Shown piece by piece: positions 1 to 12,600 of a stretch of 64,000 bases of DNA (position 1 is its first letter; every line of letters begins with the position of its first letter). The notes below the pieces were generated by a model. That model had not been told where the DNA came from. It was given only the letters and a program-made list of their open reading frames with translations, and made no database searches. The stretch comes from Bugula neritina. Lineage: Eukaryota > Animalia > Bryozoa. The stretch lies in NCBI GenBank assembly GCA_964035545.1, contig OZ037766.1:2728001-2792000 (forward strand), in the 5' to 3' direction. A program made the position numbers and the translations under genes.

Positions 1-120
1 TTCAGTTGAACCTCTAAAAGCTGCTTCATAACGGTCAAACTGATGAGCTGAACAAAATAGTCTGTGCCGATGGTTGTTTAGTGTCTTGACTCCTTTTTGT
101 AATATACTTTTACCCGCCAT
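1..120 (-). CDS. 5' coding end of a probable mitochondrial short-chain acyl-CoA synthetase (ACSS3-like); partial, runs off the left edge
   Basis: ATG at 120-118 (TACATGG context) opens a frame to position 1: MAGKSILQKGVKTLNNHRHRLFCSAHQFDRYEAAFRGSTE. The basic, acid-free N-terminus ending RLFCS looks like a mitochondrial presequence. YxxxFxxS resembles the Y...F..S..DP..FW N-terminal motif of acetyl/propionyl-CoA synthetases. A likely acceptor (ttgtag) lies at about 157-162. Only 40 codons are visible. Confidence 0.45.
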   Translation of the reverse strand, partial: MAGKSILQKGVKTLNNHRHRLFCSAHQFDRYEAAFRGSTE

Positions 121-949
121 GTAGTAGATCACTTAACTTGGATCTAAAGTCTGAATCTACAATATCCAAACAAATTAGGTTCATAAACGTAAAGGCATTT
201 TCATACATTATGCTTTGTATTGCATGACAAGGCCATAAAAATTTTGATTAAAAATTTTGCAATGCATGTCTCAAAGTTAGTTTACAATAATCATGATGAT
301 AATCATAATCAAAGAGTGTGAAAAGCAAAAATAAAACTAATAAAACAAAGCTAGAGTAACTTTTAACATAAACTCATAATAGTAGTAAACTTTCTTTCAG
401 TCTAGATTATAACTTTACACACACATAATAATTTCAATTGACATATTTCTAGAAACAAAAACAACCAAAGCATAAGATTCTTAAACTGATAGTGATACAG
501 AATAAAAGGGCGAGTTAATATTCATTAGTTGTAACAGCTTTTGATTATGACTGCATATTCATATTGGTATATTTTAAATTATATTTTTATATTCAAAAAT
601 TTAAGTCAGCTCAGACTAAAACATCAACTTAAAGTTGGCTTTTTACCCCCTCTGACTTTGTCTTGATTTGGTTTTACAACAATAATTAATATTACTATTT
701 TTATTACTTTTCTTCCAATTTTGAATATAATTTTATGATTTAAATTTTTCAGTTTTCAGACCTAAGGGTTAAGACTTAAGAGTTAGACAAAGAGCCTGTT
801 GCCGTTTAAGTTGTAGGCTTGGCAAACTTTAAAACTGAAATTTTGCCTATATAGAAATTCTGCCAACATAAATTTACACCTGTCATACTATAAAAATAAT
901 GATCACTAAGGTAAAATTTGTAACGTATAAATTATAATACTAAATAAGT

Positions 950-1300
950 AAATTAGTTGGACGAAGAGCTGTGCAGAGTTGCAAGAAGTAATACAATATT
1001 ATAGCCTATGGTTGTAAAACGAAATTAGCCTTTAAAACTGTAAACTGGATGCGCTGGCGACGGTGTTTTTAATTTAAAAGACGAAATATAATATGTATGT
1101 CGATTGATGAAAGGGCGCGTGAGTTATCTCAAATACCTCTCCAGTTGTTACAATATATTATTAAACTAGCGGACTTAACATTTTCTTTTATTAAGATAAA
1201 AGCAACTCAAATTATAACCTTTGTTGCATTCGGTCATTTTGAAATCATTTTTTTCTTCCAGAAAACTCGATAAAAACGGGCCTGTTGCAGTTTCTTGTAA
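950..1300. promoter_or_regulatory. Probable bidirectional promoter / first non-coding exon region between the left gene and FKBP
   Basis: Local CpG enrichment (gcgctggcgacgg, gggcgcgtg, aacgggcc) between two divergently oriented coding starts. A plus-strand donor-like TT|GTAAGT at about 1297 and an acceptor at 2264, just before the FKBP ATG, suggest a 5' UTR intron. Confidence 0.4.
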
Positions 1301-2273
1301 GTACTAAGTTGTAAGTTTGTCTATCTTTTTGCTCATAAGTTTTTAAGTATCATTTTTATTAAAAATAGCAATAGCTGCACGTTGGAATTGTGATTGTGGT
1401 GCTGATACTTATAAGTTTACGACTTAGTAAAGTAAAAGTTGTAGCAAACTGAAACTGCAAAGTCAAACTGCAAAGTGAAAGTCAAAGGGAAATAATTATA
1501 ATATTAGTAATACTAATAGAATTTAATAAAATATTATAGCGTTGTCGTTAAAAATTAAAATCGAATTTAAAACATTGACTCAAAAATAAGATGACTCTAA
1601 GTGGTTTACTAAAAGTTAAAAGTTACTGTTATCTGTTATGGATTATGATTATCATTATCCTTATGAATATCATTATGGTTATTGGATATTCATAATGATT
1701 TAGTTATACAGGTACTTATACTCAACTTATACTTATAATTGTACTTAGTATTATAGTTATAGTATGAATAACTATTGATAGCCACTATGACTATCCTGTA
1801 TTATAAATTCCTATGAGTACTGACTACTAGTACTACAAGTCAAAGTAAAAACTAAAAGTAAATCAATATGAATATCACTGGATAAGGCAGGTAGTTTCTG
1901 TTTTAAGACTCTAGCAAGTTGATATCAGTTAAGATGTGTGGTTATGGTTGTCTTACTTTGCCTTAAGACTCAAGTAATAAGTAGTCAATTGTTTTTATAT
2001 GCCGCTTCATTTATTATTAATAAGTTGTTCAATAGACTTGGCATTTCTGTTTCTTTGTGACCTCTGTTATTTGCAATTGATAAACAACAAAAATGTTGAA
2101 CATTGTCATAATTTGATTCATGTGATGGTAATTACTCCAGTAATGTTATTTTTGTTTGTTATCATTTACTTTCTGTCAACAATGTGATAATTTTGATCAT
2201 TTGTGAAAAAAGATTGTTTTGGTCAAAGTAGATTGTATTGGTAAAAGCAGAACCTTTTTGTTAGACAAAAAAG

Positions 2274-5200
2274 ATGGAAGACTCTGTCCCAGCTACTGAT
2301 CCTAATGTAGTGCCCGAGGAGCTTTTGCAGGGGGCAGTAGATGTTTCAAAAAGTCAAGATGGAGGAGTTCAAAAGGTGAATCTCAAAAATATATTATATA
2401 TGCGAATTTATAAGTTGTGCTCAATTTATTACAGTGGTGAGAATAGAAATCTGGTAGTCATTAGATATTGGTATACAAAATTTTATCTGTTTTAACTTAC
2501 TAACCGCAATACAAAAACCAAATGCTGCTGCACTGTAAGTTCTACATTGTTGCTTTTTGTTATCAACATTGTTAACGATCTTGCAAGAATTTAAAACTTG
2601 TATTTAAAATTTAATTCAAATGTTCAACAATAGATGCGTCTATGCTCACTTCAGCTATTAAAATATCGTTTCTTTACCTGAGAATTTGGGACAAACATTA
2701 AGCATTACTAAAATAACTTGTACTGGTATTGCATGTTATGTGTAGTTAATAAGTAGAATATAGTATGTCATATTTTGCTTCTTCTGACTTTTTATTTCAG
2801 ATTTGCGTTGCGTTGTGTCATGTAATCTTTCACTGGTATCATTCAGGTTATTTTAAAAGAAGGTACGGGTGAAGAGTCGCCCGGTATCGGGGATCAGGTT
2901 GTTGTCCATTACGTAGGAACTCTGGCTAACGGCTCCAAGTTTGACAGCAGCAGAGATAGAAATGATAAGTTCAAGTTCAAGCTGGGTCAAGGTATAGATA
3001 ACTCCTTCTTTGTACATCACTACGTACCACATTGTGAGAATAAAGCTTCTAGAATTGGTTCATGTTAATATTGTGCTGTGTTTCTGAGAGTTGAATGCAG
3101 TATTTGACTGATGACAGGTCAGGTGATCAAGGCGTGGGATGACGGTGTCGCCTCTATGAAGAAAGGGGAAGTTGCTCGTCTCATTTGCCGATCGGACTAC
3201 GGCTACGGTAAAACCGGGTCTCCGCCCAAGATTCCTGCCGATGCTACTTTGGTTTTTGAAGTTGAACTCTTTGAATGGAAAGGTATGTTTCTGATTCACC
3301 CTATAAATAGTTCTGTACTGTAAATCTTGGATCAAACGAAATGTGTTGGTTATTGGTTATCTATTGGTGTTTGCTTATGTTAAAATGTTGCAAAAGCTGC
3401 AAAGAGACCACTACTTTATTGCCTGCAGCAATGCATTGTGGTGTATATCCTGCTGTCTTATGAACCTTATACTGTTTGAGATGGTTATGCTGCACGTATT
3501 GTTATGATAGGTGAAGATTTATCAGAGGAGTCTAATGGTGGAATACTGAGAAGTATACAGGTTGAGGGGACGGGTTATATTACCCCTAACGACGGGTCCT
3601 TAGTCAAAGGTAAAAACTCGGTCAATAGCAATTTTAGTAAACAAGTTTTAAGCTGATTAAAGCTGTTTTTTATGAAAAAATGTTGATTTAAACAAAATAA
3701 ATAGCATTTGGTCTTATCAAAATATGATTCCCAAGTTGCGTGTTGGCACAGCTCTATAAATTATAATCATTATTAGGCTGCACATCACTACGTTGTTGTT
3801 TAAATAAATCTATCATATGCAGCTGCTCATGCTTTGCCCCTGAACAAAAAAGATAACTCTCATTAATGTTTCAATAATGAAGTTCAAAAGAAGTTGTCTG
3901 TCCTTGAGTATTGCTGGTCCTGTTTGTCTGGCAGCAGAGTTTTTGTCTATCAATTATAGGATATTAATATTTACTTGAAGTCTCTTGTTGGCCAACCATA
4001 TAATACTGTATTCATATCATATAATACTGTATTTCTACCATATAATCCTGTATTTCTACCATATAGTACTGTATTTCTATCATATAATACTGTATTGATA
4101 TCATGTCACGCAGTGGAAGTGAAGGGCGTATATGATGGTCGTGTGTTTGATGAGAGGACAGTTTCTTTCACCATCAGCGATGCTGTGGAGGAGAAGCTGC
4201 CTGACGGCTTTGACGTGGCTATCAAGAAGTTTAAGAAGGGGGAGTCCTCTAAACTCACCCTCTCTCCCCAGTATGGGTTAAGTTCTGAGGCTTTGAAAGA
4301 ACACAATATACCAGAAGATGCTACCATTCAGTATGAGGTGAGTTCACTATATGCAGCAGAGGAGGGTGTACAGGGGTGTAGTGTGTAAAGGGGTGTTCAG
4401 GGGTGGAGTATGTAAAGGGGTGGAGTAGTCTGTGTACTATATAGCAGATGCTAACTTCCAACTAGCTATGCTCAACTATGTAATTATTTTGTGAGATTTT
4501 TCAATTGATTAAACCAACCTGCCTGTATTTAGTTGCCGTTACATACATACAGTGTATATTGTGGTGTGGGAACTGTAGATTTTCTCATTGGAGAATACAA
4601 CTCCTAATTATTCTCAGACTAACAAGTTGTAATATGTATTCTAAATGTTGTGGAAGGATTACTGCGCTGTACACGATGTATGTTCTCTATACTTACATTG
4701 CTACAGTTTTCACCTGATATATTAGTACTCTACTCACACAGGTGAAGCTGGTCGACCTGGAGAAGGCAAAAGAAAGCTGGGAAATGGAACCTGATGAGAA
4801 GCTGTCCCAGTCCGAGTTGGCCAAGTCTAAAGGCACTAATCTGTTCAAGGTGGGAACATTTACCTATTTATACACGTGTGTTAATTACATCAGTAATTGA
4901 ATTTGAAAGACAAAGTCTGTATATATATACACAGCTTTACCTACTAAGTTGAACCTCAGTCTACTACACAGATGTCTATACTTGGTTCTCAGTTGGTATT
5001 GTCTTCCCCCGACAGAAAGGAGAGCTGGCGAAGGCCGTGAAGAAGTACCTCATAGTCATCAAGTGGCTGGATGACGACGAGAACTTCAGTGAGGAGCAGA
5101 AGGCGGCCCGTGTCTCTCTCCGACTAGCGGCGCATCTCAACTGCGCCCTCTGCTATATCAAGCAGGAGAAGTGGCCTGAGGCTAAAGCGCAGTGCAATGA

Positions 5201-6112
5201 AGCATTGAGCTTTGATGAGCAAAGTGAGAAGGCGCTGTTTAGAAGAGGCCAGGTGAGGTGCAATGCGTGTGAAGGGGCCAGACAGGGTGGTTTTATTCCA
5301 TGACATGAGCTGTTGGTGTTCCACCTGATTCTTGTGTCACAGAGTAGACACCATGACACAGTCTTTATAATATATAAAGATTTTAACAACATTTTGTCAT
5401 TTCTTGCATTTTATTAAGAGATAACTTGTTGACTGTGGGTTTGGGGTTGTGTACCTACGATACAGCCATCTCTGCTCGGAGATATGGATCATAGAATAGC
5501 TAATGTACTGAAAAATATAAAAACAATCTGTAGGGTGTAGATTGTAAAATAATGTTTTTATAATGTTATTTTATATGTAATGTATGCTGTATCCTGTTTT
5601 CTATTCATTTTATTTATATGTGATGTCACCACCTTCGCTGGAATAATTTGTTGTGATATATTTGTATTTGTATTACACTGTTACCTCTGCAATGTTACAT
5701 AAAAAACATAAACATGATATTTTAGTACAGCCTGTAGTAACATGTTTCTTCATGTTTCCGCAGGCATACATGGGCACGAAGGACTGGGTGGAGGCCCGGT
5801 CAGATTTTCAGGCTGTCCTAAATATAGATTCCAACAACAAGACAGCCAAGAACCAGCTCATCATAGCTGAGCACAAAGTAAAGCAGGAGAGAGAGCGGGA
5901 AAGGAAGCTGTACGCTAGTATGTTCACCAAGATGGCCGCTGGTGCTGGCGATTCTAAACCCACTCAGGTTGGCGTTAAGATGTCTTGGAATATTGATAAT
6001 ACATTTTCCCCGATGCTTTGCATAATATTTGAATTTATTTTGGCCAAGACAATCTCCAAGTTGAATGTGTTTGTTGTAGAACCCAGACTCGCTGCCAGAC
6101 ACGGCTGTATGA
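2274..6112 (+). CDS. FKBP4: FK506-binding protein 4/5-like (FKBP52/FKBP59) immunophilin, about 438 aa: FK1, FK2, 3 TPRs
   Basis: Exons 2274-2375, 2847-2991, 3118-3282, 3511-3609, 4114-4337, 4742-4849, 5016-5252, 5764-5967, 6080-6112. All introns are GT-AG and phases are consistent (1317 nt). Motifs: [68 protein letters not shown] clamp ([23 protein letters not shown]), ERKLYASMF. The single invertebrate FKBP4/5 orthologue is assumed. Confidence 0.93.
3997..4103 (+). repeat. 21-bp minisatellite (5 copies, catataatactgtatttctac) abutting the FKBP exon 5 acceptor
   Basis: Tandem copies are directly visible and end about 10 nt before the CAG at 4111-4113. Confidence 0.85.
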
Positions 6113-6689
6113 CATCAGACAGACGGCGGCAGGCAGCGCTAGAAAGCATGAGCTAGGAAAGCACATCTGTTGTAACGTCGTAGACTAGTCCGTTAAGAAA
6201 TGTATTACTGCATTCATTTTATCGTTCAAAGGCCTTGGCTTTTGCATTTCTCCTTTATCTATGCTGTTGTATTGTTGGTACGTTCCTTTGATGTTAAATA
6301 ATGTACATTTTTATTTGAACAAAATGAAATTATAATGTAAAGTTTATAAAGCATATATATATTCTGGTCCATTTTCTGAGCTCTCAGGTAAGGCAACTAT
6401 AAAAAGCAAATGATTAGAAACTTTGCGGCATATCTAGATATCTTGTCTATAAAAAGCTAATGTAAAAATATGATCATATAATAATATATCTACAAATTCA
6501 TTGAAAAAGTGCATAAAATATTAGGTAAACCTAGCAGATGGGGTCAATCTCAAAAGACCTATCTAACCTAGTTAACAGTCCTGTACAATACTAATGAGTT
6601 AGATGTTATCAACTACAGAAATTTCCTCCTAGCACTAAGATGCCAATGCATCAGAGTGTGCCAGTATCAGAATTTATCGCTAGACTAAC

Positions 6690-9600
6690 TCATGCACCTG
6701 TCATATGATCCACTATATTATCAAGAAGAGCGATATTAGCCTGTTGTGTTGTATTAGTGCCAGTAGAAAAGTGGGGGCTGCCCACACCCATCTCCACACC
6801 GCTGTCGCAGTTTTCCGGGTGCGTTGATGTGTCAACACTGAGTTGTCTCTGAAGAGTAGAATACGTCTGCTGAGAGTATGAGGGGCCGCTGCGTGGAAGT
6901 GTTCGGTCTTTATTAATCTAAAATATTTACAGTAGAAATATGTCACCGACTTTGCCTATATTTAATTTAAATTTTCACTCGAAACTTTTGTTTTCATGAA
7001 TGGCAATCCGAATTTGATTATCACTGAAAGCATAAATTTTGAAGAAATGAATAATGGGTGTTGAACTAGTGCTGATGTAACCAGGGCCCAGCTGAGTGAG
7101 CTGTTCAACAGACAGCTGGCTACGGCAGAAATTTCTGCAGTGAAAATACTTTCACATATGAATAACTTCGGTTATACTTGTACCTGTGAGATATACAGTA
7201 ATAATATACTTATACCTGTAAAATTCTACCTGTATGGTGTACACAGTCAAATACTTGTGAGAGACTCGGTCATAATTATACCTGTGAATATAAGGGATCT
7301 GGTGCTCTTTTTCGAATACGTTTAGGTGGGCGTTTCTTAGGCGGTGGGGGTGGAGGAAGTGCAGGTAGGGTCTCGAGTGGTGGAGGCGGTGGGAAAGGCA
7401 CATCATCGACATCTGAAAGTGAAGTGGCAGCAGGATTTTATAGGAAGAATGCTTAGCAGGCAGACTTAGCAGATACCAGCCATTAGTAGCAGAAGCCGAG
7501 GGGGAGAAATAAGCATTAAGTTACTTTTACTAACCAACCTTTAATAGTAGAAAAATTCTAGAAATATTCAAAAATACTGTGCTTAGCTTGTTTAAAAACT
7601 TCAGCATACCCATATACATACAATTAAGTTTATATCGATATTTTGAGGTAGGTGCAGCAATGGAGAAATTGAGCCTGTGTTCTAGATTAGAAATGTAGCA
7701 TAAGAAGTTATGTTCTCAAAAGATTTTCAACCCGTACGCACCCAAACCAAAATTTATTAAAACAAATTAAAGACCTTGGGCTATTTCAATTTCTTCACTT
7801 TTGCTTCTAAATGGATATTTTGTGGCAAAGTTTTGAGTAGAATAATTCAGTTACGTGGTTAGGTGAATACAAACCTGACTCGGGTTTAAGTATGGGCTTC
7901 ATCTTAGGAGGCACTGCTGGGGGCACCCTAGTTGACACACTAGAGGCGTTGGATCGTCGGTCTAAGGTGAATGTATTGACTTCACTGCTTGCTATGCTGT
8001 TCTGGGAGTCATGTGACTGTAACAAGGAAAGACAACTCTATGTGGTGGGAATAATAAAACTACAGCCTACGCTGTTAAAAATACAACTCACAATAATTTT
8101 TTTTAAACTTTTCATAGTCAGATTAAAAAAAAAATTAAGACTCTAACCTAATTCCCATAACATAAATTTTAGTTTCTACAGGTGATAATCTTGACCAACA
8201 TGTATTTCTGAGTTTAACTTTTTCACAAAACTAACCTTTGCTCTTTGCAGGGTGACTACTTGTGATTGCGCAGGAACATACAACGGCTGTTCTATAGATG
8301 CTCTGGGGTCTAACGGCACATTGTGTATAATATCAATCTCATCAGTTTCATTCTTTTCTCTCATCTCCACCATGGAACCTCCATTTTCGGTTACTACTTT
8401 TTCCCACTCTTCTGTTGGGTGACTGCTTCTTTGTCTGCCAAGTGTGCCATTACCCAGCGTCTTGTACAACCTCTTTTCTTCTACAGGGTCATAGAACTTG
8501 GGCTGCTTCTTTTTCTGTCTCCTAAAATTACCGATAGTAAACAAGAGTGCTAAATTGTATTAAGAGGCTTTAAAAACCTGAAGGTTAATGAAAACTTGTT
8601 GACAAAACAATACCAGTGTCTTTATAGCTGCATGTTTTGGAAAAGTTAGGGAAAGATGCACATGTTGAATACTACATTGAATCAAAAGTTAACAAGACCG
8701 GACATTTAAATGAGAAGCTCTCTGCCGCATTCACATCCATTTATGAGGGGAATTTTAGGAAGCTGCAAGAAGCTGTAACAATGATTCGATTGAAAGCAGT
8801 ATTACACACATACGATAGCCGAGGATGCACATGTATGTATATACTCTACCCGTATTTGAATGTCAATTCGGACATTCCTCCTGCCCTTTAACACAGTATA
8901 ATCAAAATATTAAAATGGTTAATCATTTGAAAGCCATGTTTGATTCAAATATAATTTTTTGTACAATTTTTGAAAGTTCAGTTCAACTTCGAGTGCACAA
9001 GTTTTAGTGAAGCACAATGGCGAATGGTGAACAGAATACGATCAACAAACTTACCTCCTGACCAACATGATTACTATGAGCACAATTCCAAAAATAACCA
9101 GAGCCGCCAGTATGTAGGCACAAATCAGGACAGCTTTGTATTGTCTCACATTTATACCTGTAAAACAATGAAATGCTGAGACAAACAATTAGTCGAAAGT
9201 TTCAGAAATAATTAGATTTAAAATTACATTTAAGATTTAAAATCACAACTATAATATATGATAGATATCTATATTGAATAAAGTATTGCGGTTTAAATCA
9301 GTTTGACTAGCTAGTAAATATCATGCAGTCATAGTTATGTGCTCTATAGGGTGATATAGCAGACGTCTTTTACTAGTCGGTGCAGATGCAGCATGCATTT
9401 TCTAGAATCTTCTTAATGTTTACTGGTCTCTGGTTTTAAAATAATCAAGTGCAGAGCCTCCATATGGGCCACATGTTTAAACATGGAAGCAATCTCCTAA
9501 CAAAAACCACTTAGTTTAGTCACACTTCTTGTATATAGTTAAAAACCTTAAAATTTCTTGATTCTAATTAATACAGCATTTTGTAGGCTGTGAAGTATTA

Positions 9601-12600
9601 CATTTAACTTTACATAGCCATTTATAAGCACAACTCTTGCCCTTTCATTCATTGTTCAAATGCTCACTAATGAAAACATTCAGTGGTTGCAGCTAAATCT
9701 CTCTGCATGATGATGCAACAAGACTTGTTATAAGTGACAGAAGGCTATGAGTTTACATAATGTGACTCAATATATAAACAAAGAGTTATATACATACAAC
9801 ATGAGACAGGAATATATTATGCAAGGGGTTCAAGGTGGGTGGGAGGTTGAACCCACAGGCACCCTAACACTGCAGTACCTGTGTAACTATGCGAATGATG
9901 TACATAAATTGAAGTGCCTTTCTCAGAACCCATTGGCTGGTCTAACCCAGTTGGCATGTATCTTTTGCCTTTGGTGGTTGGATACACTGCAGACATTTTG
10001 TTTGTTGTGGTAGAAAATGATAGAACACTTCGGGTAGTCTTTATGATGGAAGAAGTTGTATCAGAACTTAATGTTGTACTAGCCTCTGTTCTACGAATTG
10101 TAGCGAGACTATCGGGAGTTATATTGGGTAAACTAATATTTAGAGCAGAGTTAGTGCTAGAGCTGATGCTAAGACTTGTTGAGCTGATTGTAGATTCCGT
10201 AGAGCTTGTTCTTGGTGAATCAGTACTACCAACTACAATGGTGACATGCATGTGAAAGGGAGCCAGTCAACTCTAACTATAAATACATTTTATCTACATA
10301 ATATATTTCAAAACTAAGATTACTAATTCCCAAGTCACTATTGAATGCTATTTATGGCTCATAATTATAAACTATTAATATCTAAAAAAAGATTAAAGGA
10401 TTGCTTTTTTAGTTACTTGCATAAAATAAATATAATTTATTTTAACAATGTTATGTGCATTCATGCTCATGCAGCTCCATACAATGTTTGTGTGTTAACT
10501 AGCAACTTATTCCCACAATTTAGATATTAGGCAGTCTTATTAGTTTCTTTTTTCTTAAAAGCCTGAGACATGGGATGAAATGTGAAAACTGATCTATAAT
10601 ATTTGGAGTTGCATTCACTCGAACCTATAACCGTAGATTTGGCGGTAGTAGCCGCAGACAGAGAGTCTCCAGTGTGAAGGTCAACACCTATTGGAGGAGA
10701 TTCAGAGTGAGCATTTCCATCTTTGTTTGGGTTCGCTGCGAATGAATAACTATCAATGTATACAATATTCGATTAAATAATCTACAGCTTTGTGTATTTT
10801 ATTATCAATACTGATGACACAGTTTAGAATACAAAAAATGTAGAACTGATTTCCCAGTGGTAAGTTTACATAAAGATGTAGAAAGAGAAGCGAAATATAA
10901 ATTGTTTATCGCAGGCCTGTCAATGAATATTCCTATCACCAATATACAGATGTTATTTAATTTAACTGTAACCTTTATTACAAGCTACAAATGTTTACAG
11001 TCTAACAATATTGTATATTTAGTTTAGCTTTTCAACTTGCTAAATTAATATTTATAAACATTTCTAGTTGCAAATAAACTGATGAATGTTTAAATTTCTG
11101 TACCCTTCGAGCAGATTGCGCTGTAGCTTCTAAAGTCACATGGTTGTGTCGTAAGTCCCTGGTAGAGACTGGATAGGGCCACGCAGAACCAATCCCTGAT
11201 CAAATCCGGGTTATCTTTACTCCACACTAAGTCCGATGGGTGAATAAATGAGGCGCCCTCTATGATGAAATAATTAGTAGCATTATATCTATAAATTTAT
11301 ATAAATGGTAAAACAGTAGAAGTTGATGATATGATGTAATCCAATGCCGATACTTCTTGCCAAGAAATCTCTTCAATCAAACTTCTAGAACCTTCCCACT
11401 AAAGGCATGACCTGGTTCAGTTAAAGATATCATGCAGGAGTTTTCAGCACATGACTAAAAAGCTTAAATTAACAAAAACAGCAAATTATTATATAAGGAA
11501 TAGATTTAGAGATGAAATAATTCTACCTCCATCCCACAAGAACATAACTTTAGTTCCGGCAGACCAGAAGTAGGAGCTTTCTCGCTGCAGCATGATTGCT
11601 GTCTGAAAAATAATCATTTGTTATATTAAATTATATTATATTATATATATAATGTAATATAATATAATATATATAATGTAATATAAATATATTGTTATTA
11701 AATAACGCACCATATTTTTCTTGTATTCACTGTTTATAACCAGAAGGTTTCCTCCCCGCTGATGACAATCAGTGGCTGCTTCAAACCAATTGAGTTTTTG
11801 AGAATTAGCACAAACCCAGCTCATTCCAAACTTCTGTCTAGCCACATCACATTCTAGAATCACAAGAATCTATGAGCAATTCTTACTTTGAAAACCACCT
11901 ATTATGAAAACTAAAATCTGTAAATTATAAAACATTTATGAAACTTTACTAACAAAAATCTAAACCAAAAGCAATGTAAAATCGTTTATCAAAATATTAG
12001 AAACAAGAACCAAGATATGTTTGAGGTATGAAAGTTTCCACAATACTACCTACAGTTGGTTTATAACAATGCTTTCGAATAAAGATCGAAAAGTGCTTTA
12101 TTTTCATCAAAAACTGAAGATATTTCATAAAACTTTCAGTTTGCTAGAGACTACATACCAGAGGGTGGTGGCTCCTCTTCGAACTCACAAATATAACTTA
12201 GTTGGTGAGCACAAGAGACGCTGTACAACTCGCTTCGTACCACCAACAGACAAGAGCCGGTATCCTCACGATCTCTAGGAGCCACATTTTCCCACCAGCC
12301 ATTTGCTATAAAATTAATACAATTCTCTATTTGCATTCTTCACATCTTACACAACGTAAAAGTTATTCATATACATCCACTTTTACACCTACTTTGCTGT
12401 TACTAAGCTGAGCTTTCTATATTTCTAAACAGTTACTAAATTCTCATTAGGGACTGCTTAATCACATGACATATTTTAGTGCCGCATGACAAGATAGAGT
12501 GTCACATGACATATTATTGTGTCACATAATGGACCATAGCATCACATGACAAGATAGAATGTCACATGACAAGATAGAGTGTCACATGACATATTATTGT

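Noticed and set aside
6113-6689. 3' UTR overlap of the FKBP and lectin genes
   Set aside because: Only a minus-strand AATAAA (6315-6310) is clear; no canonical plus-strand signal defines the FKBP end.
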